Positions 28,283-45,626 of a stretch of 64,000 nt of DNA are shown here, piece after piece. The DNA comes from Escherichia phage dune. The notes beneath the pieces were generated by a model. It made no database searches. It was not told the origin of the DNA and saw only the letters and a list, made by a program, of their open reading frames with translations. A program made the position numbers and the translations under genes. The DNA lies in sequence record MN850636.1; one strand, given 5' to 3'. Numbering within the stretch: the stretch's first letter is position 1; each line of letters begins with the position of its first letter.

Positions 28283-29431
28283 TTAAGCTGTTCTCTGCCA
28301 TACATACAATACGAAGGATGGCTGTTCAACACTAAATGCTTGACCAGAACCAGTTGTGCCAGTTGTGCCAGAGTGCGAATGCTCACCTGCTCCGGTTACT
28401 GTCACTGTTGCTGAGTGGTTGTGGGAACCAATTGCAACAGAATGGCTGTGAGCACCAATCCCAACTGTGTGATTATGCGCACCAATTGCTACAGAGTGAG
28501 TGTGGTTATTAGCTGTTGTCAGTGTAGCTCTTGGGTCATAGCTTGCCCCCTCAACCGATAAACCTCTCCAACCACCATCAGCATAACCACGATTAATGAA
28601 TGTTGTTTGTGTTAAACCAGCGGCACTGGTTGTTCTGTTACCATAGTCGTAAGTAGATACAGTTTTGGTTCCATAGTCAAATGTTGTAGTCCCTTTAGTA
28701 CCATAGTCAAAAGCACTGATAGATGCCGTTGCACCATGAGTGTGACCACCACCAGTGACATACACTGAGTGAGTATGTGCAGGAATGTTGTTAACTGTCA
28801 GTGCAGTAGTCTGCGAACCAAACGTTGAACCAACTGGCCTAGAAGCACTATCATAACCTACAAGTGCTCTTCCTTTTGAAACTAACTCCCAAGTACCTCC
28901 ACAAATTAAATATGTAGAAGGGTTTGCAGGATTCATAGAGAGATGGATAGTACCTACTGGATAAGAAGCCTGAACAGCCTTGTACAAGTTATTTACTGCT
29001 CTTGCTGTAGCATACTTATCTGCATCCTCATTATAAAGGTTAGATGTCACCCAGTTCTGAACATTACTTAACCCAACCTGTGCCTTAGTGGTGTTGTGTG
29101 GGTTGCTCTTATCATCAATATGTTGTTGAATAAGATTATTAACCTCTTCTGAAGACATAATCTGTAGATTTGCTCTTGCCTCAGCTACATTAACAATGTC
29201 TGATAAGTTATTTTCAGCAACTAACTGTAGAGCATTAATAACGTTATCTAAACCAATTTGTGTCTTAGTAACACCATGAGGATTATTTCTTAGGCTTGAG
29301 TGTGGGGCAAGTAATTGCTCAAGAGTACATCTCTTATCCTCGATACCCTGTTTAAGATGGAAGATATCACTAAGGTCAATTGGTAAGGCTGCTTGAGGCA
29401 AGGCACTAATTTGAATTTCACCTACTGCCAT
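28283..29431 (-). CDS. Tail fiber protein with phage-fiber repeats and His-rich HxH C-terminal region
   Basis: 382 aa; NPHGVTKTQIGLDNV / NPHNTTKAQVGLSNV repeats; HTHSVAIGAHNHTVGIGAHSHSVAIGSHNHS; ends ...VWQRTA. Confidence 0.75.
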   Translation of the reverse strand: MAVGEIQISALPQAALPIDLSDIFHLKQGIEDKRCTLEQLLAPHSSLRNNPHGVTKTQIGLDNVINALQLVAENNLSDIVNVAEARANLQIMSSEEVNNLIQQHIDDKSNPHNTTKAQVGLSNVQNWVTSNLYNEDADKYATARAVNNLYKAVQASYPVGTIHLSMNPANPSTYLICGGTWELVSKGRALVGYDSASRPVGSTFGSQTTALTVNNIPAHTHSVYVTGGGHTHGATASISAFDYGTKGTTTFDYGTKTVSTYDYGNRTTSAAGLTQTTFINRGYADGGWRGLSVEGASYDPRATLTTANNHTHSVAIGAHNHTVGIGAHSHSVAIGSHNHSATVTVTGAGEHSHSGTTGTTGSGQAFSVEQPSFVLYVWQRTA

Positions 29432-29433
29432 TA

Positions 29434-37452
<8,019 letters not shown>

Positions 37453-37453
<1 letters not shown>

Positions 37454-37692
37454 TACATTTTTCCTGCTCTTCTAAGTTCGTTGTAAGCAATTTCCTCTTT
37501 ATACGACCTCTGAATTTCAAGAAATTGTCTCAATGATAATAAATCAGAGAATGTCATAGCAAAGAGTTGGTCAAGTGTTTCTTTACACCCTTCCATACCA
37601 TAAATAGCAAGCACAAATTTCATCTCGTCTGCTTCTTCATAGGTTGCCTCTACAGCAGCATCAGTTAGTGGTGTCTGTAGAGTGTTACCCAT
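37453..37692 (-). CDS. Tail assembly chaperone frameshift extension (T-like part of G/GT)
   Basis: In -1 frame relative to upstream chaperone ORF; reachable by slip at TTTTTTC. Confidence 0.55.
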
Positions 37693-37694
37693 GT

Positions 37695-38093
37695 TTACTG
37701 AGAAGTTAGGCTTTTGAAAATGCTTGCTTCGAAAAAACTTCCGAAGTTTGCCTCCAGCGCAAATGCTAAGTAATCAATAAATTCACCGTAGTTTGCTTGG
37801 AAGTACGTATCAATATTAAGTGGGAAGTCATCAACAGTTGCCCCTTGAAATAACAGGGTTGCCATCTCTTCAAGGTTAATTTCTTCAATTCTGTCAAAAC
37901 AAGCTTCAACAAGTTCTTTAAATGGAACCATTGGAGCTTCTTTCTTACCCTTGTCAGTCAGACTTGATAGCATCTGTGCAAAGGTTGGAACAACAATTTT
38001 ACCCAACTTCATAGACATCTTAATACCATCTCTTGCCCCAAGCAGAACGATATTTACTTTCTTACCATTAATTACTCTAGATTCTGTTTTCAT
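37695..38093 (-). CDS. Tail assembly chaperone (G-like)
   Basis: 132 aa between tube and tape measure; slippery heptamer near 3' end. Confidence 0.6.
   Translation of the reverse strand: MKTESRVINGKKVNIVLLGARDGIKMSMKLGKIVVPTFAQMLSSLTDKGKKEAPMVPFKELVEACFDRIEEINLEEMATLLFQGATVDDFPLNIDTYFQANYGEFIDYLAFALEANFGSFFEASIFKSLTSQ
37736..37742 (-). other. Programmed -1 ribosomal frameshift slippery site T_TTT_TTC
   Basis: Minus-strand AGT TTT TTC in frame of chaperone ORF; -1 shift reads ...RSKHFQKPNFSVNMGNTLQ... into downstream ORF. Confidence 0.6.
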
Positions 38094-38122
38094 TGTGATT
38101 CCTTAATACTTTTAAAAGAAAC

Positions 38123-38153
38123 AAAAAAGGGGAAGACCTTTTAAAGTCTCCCC
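38123..38153 (-). terminator. Rho-independent terminator after tail tube gene
   Basis: GGGGA...TCCCC stem followed by U6 on minus strand. Confidence 0.5.
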
Positions 38154-38166
38154 CTTATAGGATTTA

Positions 38167-38613
38167 TTAAACACTTGACGCTGGAATTGTAGAAGTGTAA
38201 TCTAACTTCTCACAACCAAAAATCCAAGTTTTAGAGTTCTGGTCACGACCAAGTTCAATCTGTGGTAACTCCTGCAACCAAGCGTTAATACCAGTTGCCA
38301 GAACAGAGCCTGATGGGTCGTAGATTACGAAGTTAGAAGAGATATCTTCTTCAAGTTCCATATTGTCTTGTTTAGCTTGAATTGCAGAAAGCATCTGGTT
38401 AGAGAGAGAAGTCTGCATTAACTCAATCTCAATAGTACCTGTCTTGTCTGCATTTCGTGTCAGAGCAACCTGACCACCTGCACCAACAACTGGTGTCACA
38501 AGTGGTGATGTTCTCTGTAGACGCAAGAATGAGTCTGGAGCAAAGCCTTCAATAGCAATGCCGTTCCAGCTACATACAACGTCTTTAGGGGAATATTGCT
38601 GATACATAGCCAT
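38167..38613 (-). CDS. Putative tail tube protein
   Basis: 148 aa directly downstream of sheath candidate and upstream of chaperone pair. Confidence 0.55.
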   Translation of the reverse strand: MAMYQQYSPKDVVCSWNGIAIEGFAPDSFLRLQRTSPLVTPVVGAGGQVALTRNADKTGTIEIELMQTSLSNQMLSAIQAKQDNMELEEDISSNFVIYDPSGSVLATGINAWLQELPQIELGRDQNSKTWIFGCEKLDYTSTIPASSV

Positions 38614-38628
38614 TCCAATTTACCTCTA

Positions 38629-39981
38629 TTATTCGTAAGCCACTGTACCTTTCAAGTCAACATCCAAGATAGCCCCTGCTAAGATACCTGCGAAGGTAAC
38701 GTCTTTCAGGATACGAGCTTTCTTGTCTGCTAAAGCAACTTGAGAGGCTTTAGGAACATTAACTGTGTAAGATGACAGGAAGTTTCTGTTGACTGCTCTT
38801 TGCAGAGAGGTTTCAATGACTTGACGAATACGGGTAATACCAGTATCATCATAAGTAATCTTACCACCCTTCTGGTTAATTAGCAAGTCTCTCAGAGAAG
38901 TTTTCAGGTCTGATTCCAACCAGTCAACACCACGGACGATATCAATCCATTCCCCACCAGAAGTAATCCCTCTACGAACCACTGGAACACCACCATCAAG
39001 GTCAATAAAGTTACAGTGACGTACATCTAAAGCAGACTTCTGAATACTTGTCAGAGGTCTCTGATTAGATGGTTGTAGAGAAGCTGCTACGCCAGTTAGC
39101 TGAGCATTACCCCAAGCAATTGAGCCTGCATCATATGGAGCACCATAAGCAATGTATGCCATCTCTGGATAATCCTCTGCTGCTGCGTGATGCCACAAGC
39201 AAACTGTACGAGTGTACATATTCTTAGCAAGCTGTGCTGGAACATCATTTGCACTGGCTAATTCTGTACCTTGCAGGGCTGTTACATCGGAGTTAGCTGT
39301 AAAGAAGATTTTCTTACGAGCCTGAATCTCAGAAGCCATTGCTAAGACAAACTGTTGAGTTCTGTCTTCTGCTGCAATGAAATACCAGTCAGTAGAGTAA
39401 GCTTCGATAGCTGCCAGAGCAGTTGCTGCTGTATCGGCAGTTGTACTTGCAATATATACAGTCTGTGCTGTGGTTGTTACTTTCACAAAGTCATTATCAC
39501 CAGCTTTGGTAATAATCATTGTGGCAGAGCCATTGCTACCAGTTACATTCACAGAAACCTTATCTTTGATTGTTGGGTCAGCTTCAATCTGTGTTTTAAA
39601 CTGTTGCAACACGTTTTCAGCAGTGTCTGAATCTTGTGCTGTGTACTGGTATGGTTGAGAAATTCCACCACCAACAGCTACAGTAATTGAGTAGTCTGTA
39701 CTTTCGGTAACGGCATCAGGAATTGATACAGTGTACTGCATAGCGCGTCTACCGATATAAAGCTGAGTTACTTTAGGAGTCTGACTCCAAAGTTGTTTAG
39801 CAGCCTTATATGCAGCAGTATTCTCATCGAAATCTTCAGCAACTTCAGTTAAGGAAGTGTAACCACGTACTCTTTCTTCAAAGTTATCTGTTGAAGCTAA
39901 GAATAGTGGCAAACCAAAACCTTCTCTTGTAGTTCCTGCGGTGTTCAATGTAATATCTACATTAACAATTGGATTCCACAT
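38629..39981 (-). CDS. Putative tail sheath protein
   Basis: 450 aa; position before tube gene; contractile-tail gene order. Confidence 0.55.
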   Translation of the reverse strand: MWNPIVNVDITLNTAGTTREGFGLPLFLASTDNFEERVRGYTSLTEVAEDFDENTAAYKAAKQLWSQTPKVTQLYIGRRAMQYTVSIPDAVTESTDYSITVAVGGGISQPYQYTAQDSDTAENVLQQFKTQIEADPTIKDKVSVNVTGSNGSATMIITKAGDNDFVKVTTTAQTVYIASTTADTAATALAAIEAYSTDWYFIAAEDRTQQFVLAMASEIQARKKIFFTANSDVTALQGTELASANDVPAQLAKNMYTRTVCLWHHAAAEDYPEMAYIAYGAPYDAGSIAWGNAQLTGVAASLQPSNQRPLTSIQKSALDVRHCNFIDLDGGVPVVRRGITSGGEWIDIVRGVDWLESDLKTSLRDLLINQKGGKITYDDTGITRIRQVIETSLQRAVNRNFLSSYTVNVPKASQVALADKKARILKDVTFAGILAGAILDVDLKGTVAYE

Positions 39982-40581
39982 TTATTTTACCCCTTTGGAG
40001 TCTACATCTAGATGGATAGTATATTCTGGTGGCTCTTGTCCTTCTTCATAAACCAACTCACCATCAACAATGACACGCTCAATAATACTTCCACGTTCAT
40101 CCTTCAGGACTGAGTTTTTTACAAGAGTTACAACAAGAGGTGCAGAATTTTCGAAATCTGTATTGAGATAAGTATAATCATTTGGGATTGCTCCAGTATC
40201 TAGTACTGTAGCTCCTGTCTCTTCAAGGATTAAATCTCTGACTGAACTCATCTCTAATCGTTGTTTAAGCTCAAGCATAATACTGTGAGCACCTTTACCA
40301 TTCACCGTAATTAATACTGGAATCTGAAAAGCAATTCTGTAGCAAACTACATCATCCTCAACAAACTTATCAAGAACCCAACCATAAGGTGTTGCAGCAT
40401 CTTGACAATATACAGTGATAAATGGCTGGTCAGGTTTTAAACCTTTGTCATTTGAGTTATCAGAAGGGTAAGCTCTAATTACGTTTGGTCTATTATTTTT
40501 ATCACGAGATAATCTGTGACCAATAACATCCACTAAGGTTCTAACTAGACCTTTTTCAAGTTCTGCTGTTTCTAACTGCAT
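39982..40581 (-). CDS. Putative head-tail connector/tail completion protein
   Basis: Synteny between capsid and sheath genes. Confidence 0.4.
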   Translation of the reverse strand: MQLETAELEKGLVRTLVDVIGHRLSRDKNNRPNVIRAYPSDNSNDKGLKPDQPFITVYCQDAATPYGWVLDKFVEDDVVCYRIAFQIPVLITVNGKGAHSIMLELKQRLEMSSVRDLILEETGATVLDTGAIPNDYTYLNTDFENSAPLVVTLVKNSVLKDERGSIIERVIVDGELVYEEGQEPPEYTIHLDVDSKGVK

Positions 40582-40957
40582 TCATTTTATCCCTTCTAAT
40601 AATGATATATTCATAATGGGACGTATGGGCTAATTGCTGTGACCAATCCATAGTCATAAATACTTCATACTCATGACCATCAATCATAACAATATCAGAC
40701 TCATTCCACTCTACATCATCTGAAGTTCTAAGTTTATATGTGGTATACAGGATTCTTGTATCGGTAAGTCTGATACCTTCCGGTAAAGCAATCTGTGTAC
40801 CATTCTTTACAGAACCTTTGATATATGGCTGGATATTACCTTTACAGTTAACCTCTACAATATCTTGTGAAGCTACCCAATCACCATCATCATTGTAATA
40901 ACCGTCTTCAGAGACTTTACGCTTTACTACAAAGCTGTGTCTGTTTAAGAGTCTCAT
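40556..40957 (-). CDS. Putative head-tail joining protein
   Basis: Synteny. Confidence 0.4.
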   Translation of the reverse strand: MRLLNRHSFVVKRKVSEDGYYNDDGDWVASQDIVEVNCKGNIQPYIKGSVKNGTQIALPEGIRLTDTRILYTTYKLRTSDDVEWNESDIVMIDGHEYEVFMTMDWSQQLAHTSHYEYIIIRRDKMNAVRNSRT

Positions 40958-41436
40958 TTCTTAATACCCTTCTTAGTAGAAATTTTATAAGCAAGGTTAT
41001 CTCTTAAGTCACCTGTCTCAACAAGAGGTGCGTTAAAGCCTTTTTTCTTGACTGTGGAAGGTGCGTTAGGAGGGAGGATAGCAGAATTACCAAAGCCCCT
41101 TTTAATTGCCTTTTGAGCATTCTTTGCAAATGCTTCTAAGGTATCTGAAGGGTCTGTGTTGAGACTGCTAAGTTGCTTATATAGATTCTTCTTAGTCTGC
41201 TCTAACAAGGTCTGTTTGGTTAGCATCATAGTGATTTCAAACAACCTACGATATACTTTACCAGAAGCTGAAGGAACACCAATAACTTCTTGTAAATACA
41301 TTAAAGCAGGATAAGAAAAACCAGAGCTATGTTGACCTTGTTCTTGAAAATACCCAACTTGAGCATTAGCCGTTTGCAAGTTCTTCATAGCCCCGACTAA
41401 TTTTGCTCTAGCGGGGTGAATAACCCTTTTAACCAT
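40954..41436 (-). CDS. Putative head-tail joining protein
   Basis: Synteny. Confidence 0.4.
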   Translation of the reverse strand: MVKRVIHPARAKLVGAMKNLQTANAQVGYFQEQGQHSSGFSYPALMYLQEVIGVPSASGKVYRRLFEITMMLTKQTLLEQTKKNLYKQLSSLNTDPSDTLEAFAKNAQKAIKRGFGNSAILPPNAPSTVKKKGFNAPLVETGDLRDNLAYKISTKKGIKK

Positions 41437-41885
41437 TATTCATCTCGCTCGATAATAAATACGCCATTAACACGGTTGCAGTAATCTCTGCCTTCGTATC
41501 TGGCAGCATCACCATATTCTGTGTATTTCTTGACAGAGCAAGGATTCTGACGACGCATGTCAATATCACACTGATTAATACCACCTGCATAGGGTAGTCC
41601 TGAAACAGAGCTTTTAACAAGGTCATCATAAACAGCTTTCAGAGATTTGAATCTGGAAGAGTTACGTAAATAAACACCACCAACCTTCTCATCTCCCATC
41701 TTGGCTACTTGAAAGAGTAAATATTTAAGAGCTTTGATGGCTGCTTTCTTTTCATCCTTTCCAGATTCTAGATAGAACCACTCTAGCACAGACTGCTCAA
41801 TAAGAATTTCATCATTATTAGTGTCTGTGCAGAGGATTCTTACTCTATCAAGAGGGTTATTGGCTGGGTCGCCTGTATAACACAT
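41436..41885 (-). CDS. Putative head completion protein
   Basis: Synteny. Confidence 0.4.
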   Translation of the reverse strand: MCYTGDPANNPLDRVRILCTDTNNDEILIEQSVLEWFYLESGKDEKKAAIKALKYLLFQVAKMGDEKVGGVYLRNSSRFKSLKAVYDDLVKSSVSGLPYAGGINQCDIDMRRQNPCSVKKYTEYGDAARYEGRDYCNRVNGVFIIERDE

Positions 41886-41906
41886 TCATAACCCTCCTTA
41901 AGAATA

Positions 41907-43013
41907 TTATTCGCCTTTAGCGTCAGCGCGAACATCTACCAGCAACTGAGGACGAGTACAGTATGGCAGCATGTAAGAGTGAGCTTCGAAGTCAATACCT
42001 TCGTCACGGTCTTTTTCGTATTCGAATACGTACAGTTCCTGACCAAGTGTATTTGCGTAACCCATCTTAGGACATGGACCATATGCAACTTCGAAGATGT
42101 TGTTAGCTTCACCAAGCATAGATACGTTAGGGAAAGCATGACCCACACCAACAGTGTCTGCTACGCTGTCAATGCTCACCAGAGTGTGAACCTTACCACG
42201 CTTGTCTTTGAACTTACCGTTGTACTGGACAAACTTAACACCACCGTAGTAGAAAGTGTTCATATGAGCCTGAACGCCGTCAGCACCACCAGTTCTCAGA
42301 GAACCAGTAATCTGTTGCCAAGCCAGTGGAGTCTGCTGTGCAAGATAAGCGTCACGAATCTTAGGATGCTTAACCAGTTTGCTGAAGAATACACGGTCAA
42401 CAACTACGTGAATTTCTTCACCGTTGATTACAGTGCCAGTCTTAGCTTCGTCTTCCATGTGCATACGCAGTTCTTCAATAGAAGCGTCGATGTCAGCATT
42501 AGGATTGTCAAGGTCGAAGTGAATAGTCTTCTTCTCAACGTCGAACTGCTTGTACAGGTCAGCATACAGAGTACCACGAGCATCGACAACTTTACCCTTC
42601 AGAGCTTGCATAAACAGGAACTCACGAGTAATATCGAACTTGGTACGAATCTTCATCAGCTTCTTAGCACGTACTACAGCTTCAGTAGTCAGTTCGTTTG
42701 CAGTGCCTGGCTGACGTACACCCTGAATCTCATCAGGAGTAATGCTTTCAACTTCTTTGAAGTACATCATTGGGAAGCTGATTTGACGAACACGCTCAGG
42801 TGCGCTAGTCTCTGCTTTACGGCTATCACGGTCTACCGCATCAAGCAAGCTAACATCCCAATCAGTCAAGTCCATAAGGAAAGTAGTTTGGGTGATTGGT
42901 GCTGAACGGAACAGACCTAAGTTGGAAATATACCCATAAGTATTTGGGATAGACTGGACTTCACCAGTCAGGTCAGCAAGGAAAAATCTGCTTTTTTCAG
43001 AATTAGTCAACAT
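41907..43013 (-). CDS. Major capsid protein (lambda gpE-like family)
   Basis: 368 aa; C-terminal region resembles Phage_cap_E family; order decoration-capsid after protease/scaffold. Confidence 0.7.
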   Translation of the reverse strand: MLTNSEKSRFFLADLTGEVQSIPNTYGYISNLGLFRSAPITQTTFLMDLTDWDVSLLDAVDRDSRKAETSAPERVRQISFPMMYFKEVESITPDEIQGVRQPGTANELTTEAVVRAKKLMKIRTKFDITREFLFMQALKGKVVDARGTLYADLYKQFDVEKKTIHFDLDNPNADIDASIEELRMHMEDEAKTGTVINGEEIHVVVDRVFFSKLVKHPKIRDAYLAQQTPLAWQQITGSLRTGGADGVQAHMNTFYYGGVKFVQYNGKFKDKRGKVHTLVSIDSVADTVGVGHAFPNVSMLGEANNIFEVAYGPCPKMGYANTLGQELYVFEYEKDRDEGIDFEAHSYMLPYCTRPQLLVDVRADAKGE

Positions 43014-43046
43014 TGTAAAATTCTCCAGAATGTCTTATTATTGTTA

Positions 43047-43424
43047 TTACAGGCCAGTTGGTACGAAATCAATACCTTTAGCAGCCAGAGCTGCCTTAAC
43101 ACTATCAGCATTAACACTTGCTTCAAGAGTAAGCATGTCTTTCAGTTCTGCATCGCGGTAGATACCTACCACTTTCAACTGACCATGATAAGACAGTTGT
43201 GAGTCTGCGTAGAAGTTAACGATACATACAGAGTCAGCCTGAGCTTCTTCCCCTGCTGCAACTTTAGTACCGTCTGCTTTCAGAACTTCACCTACACGGT
43301 ATTCTGTTGAAGCAACTGGAGTGTACTCTTTACGAGAGTGACCTGTTGGGGTAATCTGTTCCCAAAGAATGATATCATTCAGAGGTTCTCTTTTACCTAA
43401 CTTAGTAAAACCTTGATATGCCAT
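43047..43424 (-). CDS. Putative head decoration protein
   Basis: 125 aa immediately upstream of capsid gene (lambda D-E arrangement). Confidence 0.45.
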   Translation of the reverse strand: MAYQGFTKLGKREPLNDIILWEQITPTGHSRKEYTPVASTEYRVGEVLKADGTKVAAGEEAQADSVCIVNFYADSQLSYHGQLKVVGIYRDAELKDMLTLEASVNADSVKAALAAKGIDFVPTGL

Positions 43425-43435
43425 TATTGTGTTCC

Positions 43436-44782
43436 TTATTTGATAAGAGATTTTAGAGCATTCTGGAGAGCCAGTTTGCGTTGTTCAGCGGTGTCTTCGG
43501 AAGCATTCTTAGCTGGTTCTTTTTCTTCTTCAACCAAATCAGCTTCGCCGTCATTACCCACTTCTTCCATAGCATTGGAATGTTCAAGAACAGCACCAGC
43601 GGTTTCTTTCAGCTTGGTGATTTCTGATTCTTTTTCTTCCATTGCAGAAGCATGGGACGCGATAGTTTCATTAAGTTTCTGGTTAGCACCTTCCATAGCA
43701 TTCATAAACAGAACACTCAGAGGGTTATCAAGACCAGCACCTAAAATAGTCGTTGCAGCTTCTTTTGCATCAAATCCAAAAGCTTCAGCAGAAGCAGAAA
43801 TCTTATTAGTCAAATCTGACAAAGCAGCTTCCTGTTCTTTAGCTTTCATTTGAGCAACCTGAAGACGCAAAGCTTCTAGTTCTTGCTTTTCTTGTTCAGT
43901 CATTTCTTCACCTGAATTGTTAACGTTTAAACTTACAGGAGCCTCTTCAGAACCTTGTAAGTAATTTAAGAAATCATCTTGAGACATGATTGAGTTAATT
44001 AAACCAAGTTCAAGAGCTTCCTGAGCAGAATAAACATTCGCCTCAGTATTCTTTACAGCTTCTTCAGAGAGATTACGAGATTCGGCTACAAAACCTGTAA
44101 AGGTTGCGTAGGTATCATTAATTCTCTTTTGAAGTCTTTCTTTGCTTTCTTCTGAAAGTGCTTGGAATGGTGAACCCATACCTTTAAACTCACCAGCTTT
44201 GATGACGTTAATTGTTACGCCATTCTTTTCAAATGCTTTAGTTAATTCCTGATGAACCATAATTACACCAATAGAACCAACATCTGCATCTGGTGATGCA
44301 ATAATTTCTTCAGCAGAAGATGCAAGAGCGTATGCAGCGGAACAAGCGAACTCATCTACATAAGCAATAATTTTCTTTTGGCCTCTTGAAGCCATAATGT
44401 GACGTGCTAATTCAAAGCAACCTGAAGCTTCACCACCACCAGAATCAATGTGCAGAACAATAGTCTTGATTGACTCATCTGCCAAAGCTTCGTCAAAGCC
44501 TCTACGCAAACCTTCATAAGAGCTTAATCCACCTGTACACATTGCATCAATGAATGTCATACGATGGGTTAAACCACCCATAATAGGGATAATAGCAATA
44601 TCATCTTTCACTTTTAAAAGACTTCTTGCTTCACCTTTGGGTTTATCAAAGTTTACTGCTGCTTGGACATCACCCAGCAATCTGTTATTCACATAAGTTG
44701 CTGCTGAGTGAGCTAATGATTCAGTGGCTAGTAAAGGTTGGTTGAATAATCTATCAGCAAGTCTGAAGATATTCGAACTCAT
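43436..44782 (-). CDS. Prohead protease (S49/ClpP-like) fused to scaffold-like C-terminal coiled coil
   Basis: SppA-like region IVLHIDSGGGEASGC...SAAYALASSA; Glu/Lys/Ala-rich helical C-terminus. Confidence 0.7.
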   Translation of the reverse strand: MSSNIFRLADRLFNQPLLATESLAHSAATYVNNRLLGDVQAAVNFDKPKGEARSLLKVKDDIAIIPIMGGLTHRMTFIDAMCTGGLSSYEGLRRGFDEALADESIKTIVLHIDSGGGEASGCFELARHIMASRGQKKIIAYVDEFACSAAYALASSAEEIIASPDADVGSIGVIMVHQELTKAFEKNGVTINVIKAGEFKGMGSPFQALSEESKERLQKRINDTYATFTGFVAESRNLSEEAVKNTEANVYSAQEALELGLINSIMSQDDFLNYLQGSEEAPVSLNVNNSGEEMTEQEKQELEALRLQVAQMKAKEQEAALSDLTNKISASAEAFGFDAKEAATTILGAGLDNPLSVLFMNAMEGANQKLNETIASHASAMEEKESEITKLKETAGAVLEHSNAMEEVGNDGEADLVEEEKEPAKNASEDTAEQRKLALQNALKSLIK

Positions 44783-44793
44783 TTTTACTCACC

Positions 44794-45126
44794 CTATTTG
44801 TTTAAATCTACAGAGACTGAAGAGATAACATAGATACCTTCTTCAGCAAAGAATTGAGGTTTGCTAAGAGCACCAGTTGCCACGCATTTATCGTTAGCAT
44901 CCCACAAGCTATAGTGTGAGACCGTTGCAGAAGCTGGAACAGTAATGTTAACTGTGTCTTCTGAGGCAATTAAGCCATTATCCGGTTCAGAAAAATAAAT
45001 AGCCACTGGCTGAGTAACCTTATTTGCTGTAGGGTCTGCCGTTGGGTCTACATTGTGTAAAATAATAGTCGTTGGGGTTAGCGTGGCGAGGATTTTATTC
45101 TTACCATCAATAGTTAATGTTCCCAT
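44794..45126 (-). CDS. Hypothetical protein (110 aa)
   Basis: ORF track. Confidence 0.4.
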   Translation of the reverse strand: MGTLTIDGKNKILATLTPTTIILHNVDPTADPTANKVTQPVAIYFSEPDNGLIASEDTVNITVPASATVSHYSLWDANDKCVATGALSKPQFFAEEGIYVISSVSVDLNK

Positions 45127-45626
45127 TAATTAAACCTTACTTTTTGTTTAAGGACTGTTGAATGGTTACCAGATTCATCTACCACATTTACAATCATATC
45201 ATAAACTTTACCTTTGACAAGTACTTTGTAATCATTTTGTGAAAAAATGTACTCAAGTCTGTTTGTTTCTTTATTAACTGTCATTGGAGATTGAAATGCA
45301 GTGTTAAGGGTAATGAAAGCGGCTTCAATGCTATTAACATTGATACGTTTATTCTCGCAGTTATATAACTTTACACCCAAAAGGCATGAACTGTCAAATG
45401 GAATTTTAACAATTTCACTACAATTTCCTGAAATAAACGGTTTTCCACTCATTGGAGCATCAAGTAACCTGCAAATAGTGAAAACGTCAGAGGTTCCACC
45501 ATCACTTACATAACCTGAAAGGCTGACCCTTGAGCCAGCCTCTACAGATAATTTGTCAGTGATAATAAGAACACCTCTATACGAATGCACTCGTGTAGCA
45601 TTTGAAATAGAGATAACTTCAGCCAT
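45126..45626 (-). CDS. Hypothetical protein (166 aa)
   Basis: ORF track. Confidence 0.45.
   Translation of the reverse strand: MAEVISISNATRVHSYRGVLIITDKLSVEAGSRVSLSGYVSDGGTSDVFTICRLLDAPMSGKPFISGNCSEIVKIPFDSSCLLGVKLYNCENKRINVNSIEAAFITLNTAFQSPMTVNKETNRLEYIFSQNDYKVLVKGKVYDMIVNVVDESGNHSTVLKQKVRFN

Noticed and set aside
41979-42905. 308-aa plus-strand ORF
   Set aside because: Lies entirely antisense within the major capsid gene, no RBS, composition typical of antisense frames
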